Shown here: positions 1-10,355 of the stretch, in pieces
Numbering within the stretch: position 1 is the first letter of the stretch
Layout of the letters: every line of letters begins with the position of its first letter
Assembly (NCBI RefSeq): GCF_051117495.1
Contig: NZ_JBNPEF010000017.1
Span: 45,158-109,157, forward strand
Origin: Marivirga sp.
Lineage (GTDB): Bacteria; Bacteroidota; Bacteroidia; Cytophagales; Cyclobacteriaceae
Direction: 5' to 3'
Length of the DNA stretch: 64,000 bases
Position numbers and translations under genes: made by a program
The notes under the pieces: model-generated
The model's input: only the letters and a program-made list of their open reading frames with translations
Told to the model about the DNA's origin: nothing
Database searches by the model: none

Positions 1-628
1 ATCCTTGCTTTTTAAAGAAATCAGAAATATTTGTTCTGGTATCTTTGAGTTTTTGTAAGGAAAAAGGCTCATTTTCTTTTATTGGGTTTTCTTCCTCCAA
101 ATAGTGTAGAATCAGGCTATCCACTTTTTGTTCACCTACTTTTTTGTAGTAAATAGAATCAATATGAATTCTATTTCCAGGACTAATTTCATACTTTATA
201 TATCCTGTCTTTTTCTTTTGAAAAACCTCATGATTAATCTTACTATTGAAATAACCTAAATTTTCCATACGGTTTTTCATTAGCTTTTGTACAGTATTGA
301 TATTGACTTGATTAAGCAAAACTGCTTCTTCTCCTATCCTTTTATTTACCCATTTTGCATAAAACCCCGCTTTTTCTTTCTTGACTTTTTGATTTGCCCA
401 CAATCCCAAGCGCATGCCGGCAAACTTTTCATTTGGCTTGGGCTTATTAACTTTTTCCAAATCACGTTCTAATTCTTTTTTATATTTAGAACTTTCCGTC
501 TCTTTTAGCTTGAGCTTTCCGCCCTCATATAATCTTTCCCCTTGCTGCAAATTTTTGGTTGTATTGCAGGAGTAAAATGCCCCTCCTAAAAAGCTAATCA
601 AAGCGATATGTATTAAAACCTTTCTCAC
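1..628 (-). CDS. BamA/TamA-family (TamL-like) outer membrane lipoprotein, 5' part; runs off the left edge
   Basis: Not in the ORF track. Manual translation from GTG at 628 (overlapping the tamB TGA) gives MRKVLIHIALISFLGGAFYSCNTTKNLQQGERLYEGGKLKL..., open to position 1. It has a lipoprotein signal (YSC) and POTRA-like sequence and lies directly downstream of tamB. Confidence 0.8.
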   Translation of the reverse strand, partial: MRKVLIHIALISFLGGAFYSCNTTKNLQQGERLYEGGKLKLKETESSKYKKELERDLEKVNKPKPNEKFAGMRLGLWANQKVKKEKAGFYAKWVNKRIGEEAVLLNQVNINTVQKLMKNRMENLGYFNSKINHEVFQKKKTGYIKYEISPGNRIHIDSIYYKKVGEQKVDSLILHYLEEENPIKENEPFSLQKLKDTRTNISDFFKKQG

Positions 629-3600
629 TCTTCGTCCTCTTCTGGTTTTTGCCAAAGCTCATTGAATTTTTCGAACTCTTTACTGAATTGAATGGAAATG
701 CCTGTAACAACCACTTGTCCATCAATCAAGCCTTCATATTCATTTTTTCGGTAGCCCTTTAGTTTGTAGCGACCATCTTCTGTCAATAGATATTCAACCA
801 TAATATTTCCTATAATGTCAGTAGCTTGTTGCTGACTTCTTTGCTGCCCTTCTAAGTCAACCTGGCTACCAACTTCAACTCTAAAGCGGTCATTAAATAA
901 ATTTTTACTTAAGCTCATCTCTAATTGTGTTCTGTCCTGGGGTGTTCCACTTTGGTAATCCTCATAAGAATTTAGATCCAAGTTTAGATCCACGCCTTTT
1001 ACATATTGGTTACTTAATTTATTGAGTTGATTACTTAAAATCTGACTCGCACTATTTCTGGCAATCGCTTCGGAATTTGGACCACCATTGCTACTGCCGC
1101 TTGGAAAAAATTGGTTTAATACCAACAGAGAAAAAACTTGTTTATTCAACCGGGTTTCATTAGAATTAATGGATTGAACTTGTTGGTAAATATTACCACC
1201 CAAAGCACCACGACTTTGTTCTGGCATATCCAATCCGAAGGAGATTTCAGGTTTGCTTAAATTACCGCCAACAAAAAGCTGAACTAAAAATGGCAGTTTT
1301 TGTCGATATTGGGTTTTCACAGAAGAAGAAGCGGCAGAAATTTGATCCTCCATTAAAGTGTTCACAGGAGTCTCTGTTTTATACAAAGCCGTAATATTCA
1401 AAGTGGCTTCATAAGGATCGCCCGACCAGCTTATTCTTGAGCCAGATTGAATTTCAAATTTACGTTTTACTAAATCATATAAACTTAATTGATAATAACC
1501 CTGATTAACTTCTACATTTCCATTTAAGCTAATAGCACCATTTTTTCTCAGGGTAAAATTCAAATCCGTATCACCGGAAACGGTTAAATAATCTCCTCTT
1601 CTTTCATCCACAATAACTTTAAATTTGGCGTTTTTATCCGTATTGATGATGGCGTTTAAGTCCATTCCATCGATGTTGGCACTTCTCTGTAATTCTGATT
1701 CCGCAGTACTGATGGTATCCGATGGTTCATACTTCTTTTTGAATGTTACGATTCCTTCTTGCTCCACTACATCCACTTCACTTTCAGGAATGATATAGAC
1801 CAAGTCCGTTTTATCATTTAATCCTACTTTAGCCTGTATTTTAGGTTGATTTGAGGTTCCTGTCAAATCTATATTGGCATTAAAATAAGCTTTGCCGAAA
1901 AAGAGTTCGCTATCGGCTTTAGTGGTATTCAACAATTGAAAATTCTCTGCAGTAAGTTGTAAATTAAATTTAGGATTCAATAAATCATGAGTAGTAACTT
2001 CACCATTCAATTGCATTTTACTTTCTTGCTCATCAAGCATAGTGAAATTGTTCAATTTGATTTTCTCATTTCTTAAATTGATTTCTTCATTAGGGAGTTG
2101 GTAAGCCATATTCAAATATGGAAAGAATAATGAAGCATCTTGAAAATTCAATTTGCCCTCATAAATAAAGTCTTCCGTATTTCCACTAAAATTAAAATGT
2201 CCAATTAAATTTCCGCTGGCTTCCTTAATTAATCCTTCAGAAAAACTGCTTAGAAATGGTAAAGAAACGCTGTCCATATCCAGTTCAAAATCAAACTCGG
2301 GGATTTCTCGGTTATTGTCAAACCAACCTTTGCTTCTTAAAATTATCTCACCTTTCGAAGTCAAATTAAATTGATAGCGATTATCCGATTCCTGTTGGGC
2401 ATTTAAAGAGATATTGCCCACTTCCTCATTCAAGATGTTCAGGCTGTCTAATTGTAGAGAAGCGGAAAAAGCCATTAGGTTTTTTAAATCCTCAAGCACT
2501 ATCCCACCTTTTAAAACACCTTTAACAGGACTTTCTTCGGCATTGATGATGGCAAAGAAATTTTCAATTCTGAAGTTTTCGAAATTTAATTGAAGTGCGG
2601 TAACTTCTTCCTTTAGTTTCGTTTTGAGTTCAAATAATTGTTGGTTACGCTCAAAAATCAAGTTCTTAATTTGCAAATTTGCTGTGTCAAAATAAATTCT
2701 GTTTTCCGGGTGCATATTCCAGTGTTCAGCATTTAGGATTAGGTTTTCAGGCTTCAATGTCCAGAATAGTGAATCCATTTTACGTTCTGCAACAGCATCT
2801 ACATGGAATAGACTATCGGCCACTTCATTTTCCACAAATAAATTGAATAAAGCTTTTTGAGGTGTTATATCTGCTCTTAAAATGGTAGGATAGATATTTA
2901 AATCACCTGAGGTGATCCGCTGAAAATTGGTGTTCACATGAAACTCTTCTTCTGTATTATTGATGCTTATAACAAAGCTGTCTAAATCAATGTCTTGATA
3001 ATGAAAGTTGGGGATATTCAATTGAAAATCGATTATTTCCTCTGCACTATTGTAATTTCCTTTTGCCATAATGGGCTTAAAACTGATATCCAAGGGCAGA
3101 AAATACATCAAATTTTGGCTTTCTTCGGCTTGCAATGAAAAGGCCATTTTCATAGGCTTTTCTGTAGTATCTACCTTAAAAATCTTGGCATTTTGAAGCT
3201 TAGAGGCATCCAAATCAGCAATGGCTAATTGGTCAAAACTATGGTTCATATTCAAGTCAAGCGCAATATTTTCCCATCTTAATTTAACATCAGCACTGTC
3301 AGCCGAATTATATGCTTTTAAATCCAATGGCGTAAAATTGATGGTTTGCAACGGACTGGTTAGTACTGTTTCAGCCAGATACGCATTTATAGATTGGTGT
3401 AAACTATCTAATTCAACATTTATGTCTGCTTTTGTAGATGCCCAAAGTGCGGTATCAGTAATATTGAGCGCTAACAAATCCAATTGCTTGATATTGGCTT
3501 TGAGATTGATTTTTTGTTGAATAGAATCAATACTTCCCGTAGCGGATAAATCAAAATCTGCAATGGAATCTGAATAACTACTGCTGAATTCCAGCTGGCT

Positions 3601-5565
3601 TTTCACCAAAGATGCCGACATATTTAGTGTGTCAAACTCATTCGCCATATAGCTGAAATTTCGGAAGCTGATTTCTGCTTTGGTATCCATTTCTGATGGT
3701 TTTAGGCCTTTTCCCTTAATGGCAATGTCAACATTAGCGGTCTTGAAATTTAGGCTGTCTTGCAACCACCTAGCTATTTCCAAATCCGTTAATCTTATAT
3801 CCGCTTGATAGCTTTCGGGCTGATTGGAATCGAAATATCCTTTGACTTTTACTCGACTAATATCATCCAGTTTGGCAGATATATTTGCAATTATTTTTCC
3901 TTTATTATAATTGCCATTTCCGCTTAAATTCACTTTTTGTGGATAATAATCTGGATAATCTTTCGGCATGAAATATGGAAAATCTGACACATTACTTTTT
4001 AGCTCTAAGTTTTCAAAAGAAGCCATTAGATTTTCTCCTTCCTGCCAATTTTTAAGTTTGGCATTTAAGGCTACTGATGTTTTATTTCCATACAAAATGC
4101 GGAATCCTTGCAAGTCAATATCTTTATCATTTCCATTGATTTTTCCGTAAAGCTTGGCAGGATGTTTTGATAATGCCAATATACTGCTATCTGCTTGAAG
4201 CTCAGGAGAAAAATAAAAGGCGTCTTTAATGTCAAGTGTAGTCGGCAATTTCAAATCTAACTTGAATTGTGATTTATAAAAGCTTCCGGCAAATAATGAA
4301 TCGATAGAAGCAAAATCAATCTGAGCATCAGTTTGCAATATAGAGTTAGCGGTTTCTACTTTTAGGTTTTGTAAACCAGCGAAAGTTGAATTAAAACTTA
4401 TAGCTCCACTTAGTTCTTTTAATTCAAAATTCTTACTGTCTCTAGCAGAGAAACTTAAATTTTCAATGCCCAAATCTTCAGTTATATATTTAGCATTCTT
4501 CAAATTCAGTTTGATGTCCTGAAACTGCAAATTTTCAGGGTTAACCCCTTCCGCTTCTTTAATTTTTCCTGCAGACTTTATATCCAAATCTGTTAAATCA
4601 AAATTGAAAGTGTTGAGCTTTATTTTGTAATCAGGAAATTCAAAGGGAGTAGGAGCATCATCATTTTGTTCTTGTGCGGAATCCGAAGATATTGGTAATC
4701 GCATTCTAAAATGGCTGATTTTATTATAGAATTTTCCTAGTTCAATTTTATTTTTAGCTAAATCCACTTTTGCATTTCGGATATCCAATAGATTGATGAT
4801 CGAAGACATTTGCAGACTGTCAAAAAGCGTTTCGTATTTTAATTCAATGTCATTTAAGTTTAGCTTTTGGACTTGAATTTTGGGTAAAGTACTTTCAGAA
4901 GTGTCTTCATGAGAAGGAGGGAAAGCTAAACCTTGCGAATAATTTGCTTTTACATTTTGGAGTACAAAATTTTCAATATCAAAGTGCAGGCTATCCAGAT
5001 CAAAAGCACCGAATGAAAGTCCAAGTTCACCAAGCTTCAGCCTGGTTTTCATTTCCACACTAATATCCTGAAAACTTATATCAATATTTTCCAACAGGAT
5101 ATGACGGACATTGATAGTAGTGGAGGAAGTCGTATCGGTTTCTTTTTCCGTGCTGGTAGAATCAGCATTTGCAAAAGCATCAATTAAAAACTGAAAATTG
5201 TAACTGCTATCAGCGGAATTATTATGGACTGCTCCTTTAATTCCTTTTAGCTCTAGGTTTTTCACATCCACATTTCCATCTAAAAGTGGTCTCCATGCAA
5301 CATCTACTAAAATGGAATTAGCGTAAACTAAGGTATCCTGATTGCTATCTTCAGCATAAAGTCCTTCAATCTGTGCTGCTCCAAGGAAAGTGATGTAAAG
5401 TCGGTCGATTTCAAATTTTGTCTGTGTTTTTTCGCTTACAAAATTGGTAGCATAATTGGTAATTTTTTGTTGAACTACAGGCAATCTTAAGGAAAGTATA
5501 AAGATGACCAAGAGCAATAAAATGCTCCCTAAAATATATAATATGATTTTTCCTGTTTTCTTCAA
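625..5565 (-). CDS. tamB: Translocation/assembly module TamB (AsmA-like, DUF490 C-terminus)
   Basis: 1646 aa with an N-terminal TM anchor and long beta-taco-like repeats. The C-terminus has DUF490-type motifs (G.I...SGSRISWSGDP, QVFSLLVLNQF, VEYLLTEDGRYKLKGY). Coupled to a TamA-like gene. Confidence 0.9.
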   Translation of the reverse strand: MKKTGKIILYILGSILLLLVIFILSLRLPVVQQKITNYATNFVSEKTQTKFEIDRLYITFLGAAQIEGLYAEDSNQDTLVYANSILVDVAWRPLLDGNVDVKNLELKGIKGAVHNNSADSSYNFQFLIDAFANADSTSTEKETDTTSSTTINVRHILLENIDISFQDISVEMKTRLKLGELGLSFGAFDLDSLHFDIENFVLQNVKANYSQGLAFPPSHEDTSESTLPKIQVQKLNLNDIELKYETLFDSLQMSSIINLLDIRNAKVDLAKNKIELGKFYNKISHFRMRLPISSDSAQEQNDDAPTPFEFPDYKIKLNTFNFDLTDLDIKSAGKIKEAEGVNPENLQFQDIKLNLKNAKYITEDLGIENLSFSARDSKNFELKELSGAISFNSTFAGLQNLKVETANSILQTDAQIDFASIDSLFAGSFYKSQFKLDLKLPTTLDIKDAFYFSPELQADSSILALSKHPAKLYGKINGNDKDIDLQGFRILYGNKTSVALNAKLKNWQEGENLMASFENLELKSNVSDFPYFMPKDYPDYYPQKVNLSGNGNYNKGKIIANISAKLDDISRVKVKGYFDSNQPESYQADIRLTDLEIARWLQDSLNFKTANVDIAIKGKGLKPSEMDTKAEISFRNFSYMANEFDTLNMSASLVKSQLEFSSSYSDSIADFDLSATGSIDSIQQKINLKANIKQLDLLALNITDTALWASTKADINVELDSLHQSINAYLAETVLTSPLQTINFTPLDLKAYNSADSADVKLRWENIALDLNMNHSFDQLAIADLDASKLQNAKIFKVDTTEKPMKMAFSLQAEESQNLMYFLPLDISFKPIMAKGNYNSAEEIIDFQLNIPNFHYQDIDLDSFVISINNTEEEFHVNTNFQRITSGDLNIYPTILRADITPQKALFNLFVENEVADSLFHVDAVAERKMDSLFWTLKPENLILNAEHWNMHPENRIYFDTANLQIKNLIFERNQQLFELKTKLKEEVTALQLNFENFRIENFFAIINAEESPVKGVLKGGIVLEDLKNLMAFSASLQLDSLNILNEEVGNISLNAQQESDNRYQFNLTSKGEIILRSKGWFDNNREIPEFDFELDMDSVSLPFLSSFSEGLIKEASGNLIGHFNFSGNTEDFIYEGKLNFQDASLFFPYLNMAYQLPNEEINLRNEKIKLNNFTMLDEQESKMQLNGEVTTHDLLNPKFNLQLTAENFQLLNTTKADSELFFGKAYFNANIDLTGTSNQPKIQAKVGLNDKTDLVYIIPESEVDVVEQEGIVTFKKKYEPSDTISTAESELQRSANIDGMDLNAIINTDKNAKFKVIVDERRGDYLTVSGDTDLNFTLRKNGAISLNGNVEVNQGYYQLSLYDLVKRKFEIQSGSRISWSGDPYEATLNITALYKTETPVNTLMEDQISAASSSVKTQYRQKLPFLVQLFVGGNLSKPEISFGLDMPEQSRGALGGNIYQQVQSINSNETRLNKQVFSLLVLNQFFPSGSSNGGPNSEAIARNSASQILSNQLNKLSNQYVKGVDLNLDLNSYEDYQSGTPQDRTQLEMSLSKNLFNDRFRVEVGSQVDLEGQQRSQQQATDIIGNIMVEYLLTEDGRYKLKGYRKNEYEGLIDGQVVVTGISIQFSKEFEKFNELWQKPEEDEE

Positions 5566-5734
5566 ATTAAATTCTAAAGCACAATTTTAGTGACAACCTC
5601 AGCTATATCCTAACGAAAGAGTGTGGGATTGGATTTTATTGGGGGATTTTAATGATGAATTTAAGTAATTATTAATAATCTGCTCTAGCCAAAAATTCTT
5701 TGCAGTTAATACCGGTTATATTTATATGTACATT

Positions 5735-6319
5735 TTATTTATTAAAAAAATATTCTACATAATTGCTCTTTACATAAAATGAAGAGCATTTATTAGTGTA
5801 AAGAACAGTTTCTTGTTCAGCAATTTTATTCCAGTACTTTACAAGCTCTTTTTCTATATTGAAGCACTTTCTTTTATTTATTGTTTTCCCACCAAGAGGA
5901 GGATTTGGCGGAGGTTGTTGAGTCTCAAATATTTCACCTTTTGTGAGAGAGTCTTTGGAAAAAGGTCTCATATTTTCAAATTGATTAATTTTTGTCCCTA
6001 CTATTAGATATTTTACACCAAACTTAAAAACTTGAATACAATTACCTGTTTCAAATTGATTTAAGTAAACAAATTTAGAGTTTAAGTTTCCTTTTATTAT
6101 TTCTTCAACTTTAAATTTGACTTCAATACCAGCTTCTTCTTCATTTAAATTTTTTTGAATACTGTCTTGATAGTGAATGTTCTCAATAGCAGTACCAATC
6201 AAAATGTATTCAGCAGTTTTGGAAATTTCTTCAACATCTTTTTTGGTTAAAGACATACATTCACAAGTCCAGCCAATAGTTGGACAGCTTAAAAATATAA
6301 TGACTATAATTATTTTCAT
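5735..6319 (-). CDS. Secreted protein with TIMP/NTR-like C-x-C N-terminus
   Basis: Signal peptide MKIIIVIIFLSCPTIGWT then CECM; FKVEEIIKG, TGNC, KYLIVG and TNKCS follow the TIMP/NTR pattern. Start at 6319 preferred over 6343. Confidence 0.6.
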   Translation of the reverse strand: MKIIIVIIFLSCPTIGWTCECMSLTKKDVEEISKTAEYILIGTAIENIHYQDSIQKNLNEEEAGIEVKFKVEEIIKGNLNSKFVYLNQFETGNCIQVFKFGVKYLIVGTKINQFENMRPFSKDSLTKGEIFETQQPPPNPPLGGKTINKRKCFNIEKELVKYWNKIAEQETVLYTNKCSSFYVKSNYVEYFFNK

Positions 6320-6365
6320 ATTTAATGAAATTATCTTTTTCATTTATATTCTAATTGAGAATGTT

Positions 6366-6785
6366 TTAATAATCAACTCTTGCCAAAAATTCCTGTGCTG
6401 TTAAAACTGGCAATTTTGAATTCTTAAAATCTTTTTTATTTCTACTTATAATTATATCTACTTGATTTTCAATTGCGGAATAATACTGCAATCCATCTTC
6501 AAAATCAGGGAAGCTTTCATCACTTAAAGCAAGCTCGGTTATTTTATCATCTAAACTAACAACCTCTACCAAAACCTTAAACTTCCTAAGAATCGCTCTT
6601 GCCTCCTTTGCTGATTTTAATTTACTGAGGATATAATTCGTATTGGCGAATGTTAAAGATGATATCGCTAGGTTCAATTCTTTCCTATCTGACAAAGAAA
6701 ATAGTTCTGCTGCATCATTGTAAAACTCTTTTCTTTTAGCCAATAAATCAATTACAATATTCGTATCAATCAGTAAGCTTTTCAT
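6366..6785 (-). CDS. PIN-domain (VapC-like) toxin
   Basis: LLIDTNIVIDLL at the N-terminus; DFEDGLQY and SRNKKDF acidic PIN motifs; overlaps the upstream small gene by 4 nt. Confidence 0.9.
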   Translation of the reverse strand: MKSLLIDTNIVIDLLAKRKEFYNDAAELFSLSDRKELNLAISSLTFANTNYILSKLKSAKEARAILRKFKVLVEVVSLDDKITELALSDESFPDFEDGLQYYSAIENQVDIIISRNKKDFKNSKLPVLTAQEFLARVDY

Positions 6786-7027
6786 TTATACTTCTCTATT
6801 AAATAATGAGCATAAGAATCCTTAACGTCAAAATCATCCTCTAAAGAAATAACCCCACTTAGGCTTTTTACCAAAGGCGTAATCTCCTTTTCATTTGCTG
6901 TGGATTTTGTCAAAGTACTTAAATAAGATTCTATTAATTTGGATAAACTGGTATTATTTGACTTCGCATATATTTTTGCGGTCTCAATAATTTTATCATT
7001 CAAACTTAAGGTGAGTTTTTTGTCCAT
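6782..7027 (-). CDS. DUF6364-type ribbon-helix-helix antitoxin
   Basis: MDKKLTLSLNDKIIETAKIYAKSNNTSLSKLIESYL...LVKSLSGVI. Real start likely ATG 7027; ATGA/TAA-type coupling to the PIN gene. Confidence 0.8.
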   Translation of the reverse strand: MDKKLTLSLNDKIIETAKIYAKSNNTSLSKLIESYLSTLTKSTANEKEITPLVKSLSGVISLEDDFDVKDSYAHYLIEKYK

Positions 7028-7154
7028 AACATAAATCTTTACGTACAAATATAATATTAATTTACGTGAACTTAAGCGAATTGGTTTTAAATGATCATTT
7101 TTCACTGATTGATTTTGCAAGAACCTGCTGACTGATTGCAATATTAATCCATTT

Positions 7155-7179
7155 AATATTGACTCAATCAGTCAATATT
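7155..7179. promoter_or_regulatory. Perfect 10-bp inverted repeat upstream of the thiolase; candidate TetR-type operator
   Basis: AATATTGACT-CAATC-AGTCAATATT, 40 nt before the thiolase ATG. Confidence 0.55.
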
Positions 7180-7219
7180 TCTTCCACACTTTTACTAACT
7201 TGACGTAAAACAAAAGAAA

Positions 7220-8404
7220 ATGGATTTAGGGGTAAATATAATCGGGGCTTATCATTCTTCCTTTGGCAAATTAGAAAGCGAGACTTTATATACGCTTTAT
7301 GAAAAAGCAGCTAAAGGGGCTTTACAAGATGCGGAAATAGAAGCAAAAGGCATTGATGGTGTTTTCGTGGGAAATTACAGTGGAGGAGCTTTCAATCGGC
7401 AGGAAAATATAGCTTCCTATGGCGTAAATGCTATTCCTGAATTGCGTCACAAGCCAATGTACAGAACCGAAACAGCTTGTTCATCTGGTTCTTCTGCCAT
7501 TCACATGGCTATTATGGCCATAAAATCAGGCATGATGAAGCGCGTTTTAGTAGTCGGATTAGAGAAAATGACGGATTTAGATATTACTGGAGTTACTGAA
7601 GCTTTAGCCTTAGCCACTTACTGGCCCGAAGAAGGAAGCAAATCGGTAACGGCCCCTTGTATGTTTGCAGATTTGGCAAAAGGTTGGATGAAAAAATACA
7701 ATTATTCAGAAGCACAATTAAGACCATGGCTAGCCCAAATTTCTTCAAAAGCCTATACAAATGGCGCCCAAAATCCATTAGCCCAATTACAAAAGCCTAA
7801 ATCAGCGGAAGATATTTTGGCACTTCCTGATGAGAAGAACCCTATTATTCATGCCCCACTAAGATTGCATGATTGTTCCCTAGTTTCCGATGGTTCTTCC
7901 GCTTTGGTCTTGGAAAATGCTAGTTTAGGTAATGGAAAAGGAATAGCCATCAAAAGTTTCTACAGTGCCAGTGATTATTTGGATAGTTTCGGAAAAAATA
8001 AATCGGGCCACTTTTTGGAAGGGGCTTCATTTGCAGTCAAAAAAGCCTTAAAAGATGCAGGACTTAACATAAATCATATTAACATAGCAGAAGTACATGA
8101 CTGCTTTACAATCACCGAATTATTATTGTATAGCGCCATGGGGATTACACCAGCCGGAAAAGAATTTGAAGCCTTGGAAAACGGCTCAGTATTTCCTGAT
8201 GGAAAATTACCCATCAATCTATCCGGAGGATTAAAGGCTAAAGGCCATCCTATTGGTGCTACCGGAGTTTCCATGCACGCCTATATCTATAAACAATTAA
8301 TGCAGAATGCATGGGGGCACCAAGCCAAAAATGCAGAAACGGGTTTGGTGGTCAATATTGGCGGTTCGGGAACCAGCAATGCGGTTTCGGTATTAGGTCG
8401 GTAA
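7220..8404 (+). CDS. Thiolase family protein (SCP2/SCP-x-type acetyl-CoA acyltransferase)
   Basis: ETACSSGSSA catalytic Cys motif, DCSLVSDG, EVHDCF (HDCF type) and GGLKAKGHPIGATG. Confidence 0.9.
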   Translation: MDLGVNIIGAYHSSFGKLESETLYTLYEKAAKGALQDAEIEAKGIDGVFVGNYSGGAFNRQENIASYGVNAIPELRHKPMYRTETACSSGSSAIHMAIMAIKSGMMKRVLVVGLEKMTDLDITGVTEALALATYWPEEGSKSVTAPCMFADLAKGWMKKYNYSEAQLRPWLAQISSKAYTNGAQNPLAQLQKPKSAEDILALPDEKNPIIHAPLRLHDCSLVSDGSSALVLENASLGNGKGIAIKSFYSASDYLDSFGKNKSGHFLEGASFAVKKALKDAGLNINHINIAEVHDCFTITELLLYSAMGITPAGKEFEALENGSVFPDGKLPINLSGGLKAKGHPIGATGVSMHAYIYKQLMQNAWGHQAKNAETGLVVNIGGSGTSNAVSVLGR

Positions 8405-8448
8405 ATACGCCATGCATGGCGTATCCACAATGCATGACGTCTCTCTAC
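8405..8448. repeat. REP-like palindrome (GTAGAGACG family, degenerate)
   Basis: Perfect 20-bp palindrome ATACGCCATGCATGGCGTAT followed by TGCATGACGTCTCTCTAC, between convergent genes; related to 44490-44525 and 12623-12642. Confidence 0.6.
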
Positions 8449-8498
8449 CCCCAAAATATAACAACCAATACAAATTTTAAAATTTTCACAATTAAGAA

Positions 8499-10355
8499 CT
8501 AATTCTTAGCCATCATACTGCTCGATTCTACCAGCTTGATGAATTCTATTCTATAACCATTTTCATCTTTTCCTTTTGCACCTTTGGCTAAATCTGTCAC
8601 TAGCTTATAATCCCCATTTTCAATGTAATCAGAATCCTTCAAAAGCATCCCGTAAGTGGCCACAGCGGCCGACCATCGAAAGTTATCAGAAGTTTTATCA
8701 AGTGCTGTAATAGTGTTTTCTACCGTTTTTACAATTAACTGACTCACCTCCTCATCTGGCGCTTTGTATCTGAATTTTATGGTAAGTAGCTCATCACCAT
8801 ACGTCACTTTTTCTGTCTTTGGCTCATTTTTCTGATACTTTAGATCATCAATAGGTTTGAAATAACTATCCACACCTTTAGGGATAATTTCATATAAAGC
8901 GGTAACCGTATGACCGGAGCCTAGCTCTCCTGCATCTTTTTTATCATTATTAAAATCCTCATTATTGAGCTTTCTATTCTCATAGCCAATTAATCGATAG
9001 GCTGTAACGTTTGCAGGATTGAACTCTACCTGAATTTTAACATCTTTCGCTATGGTAAAAAGTGTCCCTCCAAATTCGTTTACCAACACTTTTTTCGCTT
9101 CTAAAATATTGTCTATATAGGCATAGTTACCGTTTCCTTTATCAGCCAATATTTCCATTTTTGAATCCTTGTAGTTACCCATCCCAAAGCCTAAAACAGT
9201 AAGAAAGACCCCTTCTTTTCTTTTCTTCTCAATCAAATCTTCCATGGCTTCATTTGAACTTGCTCCCACATTAAAGTCACCATCAGTGGCTAAAATGATG
9301 CGGTTGTTGCCTTCTTTCATGAAATTTTCTTTGGCGATTTTATAGGCTAATTCAATGCCTGCTCCACCGGCAGTAGAACCACCTGCCTGTAAATTTTGTA
9401 GCGCTTCATTGATTTTGTCTTTTTCTTTGCCTGAAGTAGGGGGAAGCACACATCCTGCGGCACCAGCATACACTACAATAGACACCTTATCCTCTTCTCG
9501 AAGCTGTTCAACCAACATTTTCAGGCCTGATTTCAGTAAGGGCAGTTTATTTTGTGCAAACATAGAACCTGACACATCTAAGAGAAAAACTAGATTGGAA
9601 GCAGGCAAATTTTCTGTTGGAATTACCTTGCCCTGTAAGCCAATGTGAACAAGTTGATGTTTTTCATTCCAAGGGGCTGGCGCTACTTCGGTGTTGATCG
9701 AAAAAGAATCTTGACCAGTTGGTTGCTTGTAGTCATAATTGAAGTAGTTAATCATTTCCTCTATCCTCACTGCATCTTTAGGTGGATTTTGACCACTGTT
9801 GATAAATCTTCTCATATTGGAGTAAGAAGCAGCATCGACATCTATGGAAAAAGTGGACAGTGGATTTTGGGTAGCTTCCTGAAAAGTATTTTCGTCAAGA
9901 CCTTCGTAATCCTCGGTGTTAGGCTGATGATAGGATGATTCAGTATCTTCCATGAAATAAACTTGATCACCCTCATAGCTTGCCGCTTTTCTTTGTGAGA
10001 AAAAATTCCGAACAGGACTACCAGTGACTACCACTTCTGATAATTGGGCAACATCAGCTTTCAATTGCACATCAATAACACTTCGCCCTTTTATTGCCAC
10101 TTCTTTTTTCTCCATTCCAATGTAGGTAAAAACTAAAACCCCCTTTAGAGAAGGCACTTCGATTAAATATTCTCCATATAAATCAGTAGTCACCCCTGTG
10201 GAAGTACCTTTCAGTATTACATTCACACCTGGTAAATCCTCGCCACTATCGAAATCGGTGACTTTCCCGCTGATAGTGATTGATTGTGCGGCTAACATAG
10301 CAGAGCTGATCAAAATCAGACTACTTATTCTTATTGCATCCATTAACTTCTTCAT
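8499..10355 (-). CDS. Secreted YfbK-like vWA protein with an N-terminal SusC-type extension (CarboxypepD_reg-like), TonB-box-like motif, vWF_A and DUF3520-type C-terminus
   Basis: Signal peptide; ISGKVTD...LPGVNV.LKGT...TTDLYG (NTE); QLSEVVVTG; PLSTFSIDVDAASY; MIDAS DVSGS...TDG; YRLIGYENR. Start MKKL at 10355 preferred over 10490. Confidence 0.85.
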   Translation of the reverse strand: MKKLMDAIRISSLILISSAMLAAQSITISGKVTDFDSGEDLPGVNVILKGTSTGVTTDLYGEYLIEVPSLKGVLVFTYIGMEKKEVAIKGRSVIDVQLKADVAQLSEVVVTGSPVRNFFSQRKAASYEGDQVYFMEDTESSYHQPNTEDYEGLDENTFQEATQNPLSTFSIDVDAASYSNMRRFINSGQNPPKDAVRIEEMINYFNYDYKQPTGQDSFSINTEVAPAPWNEKHQLVHIGLQGKVIPTENLPASNLVFLLDVSGSMFAQNKLPLLKSGLKMLVEQLREEDKVSIVVYAGAAGCVLPPTSGKEKDKINEALQNLQAGGSTAGGAGIELAYKIAKENFMKEGNNRIILATDGDFNVGASSNEAMEDLIEKKRKEGVFLTVLGFGMGNYKDSKMEILADKGNGNYAYIDNILEAKKVLVNEFGGTLFTIAKDVKIQVEFNPANVTAYRLIGYENRKLNNEDFNNDKKDAGELGSGHTVTALYEIIPKGVDSYFKPIDDLKYQKNEPKTEKVTYGDELLTIKFRYKAPDEEVSQLIVKTVENTITALDKTSDNFRWSAAVATYGMLLKDSDYIENGDYKLVTDLAKGAKGKDENGYRIEFIKLVESSSMMAKN

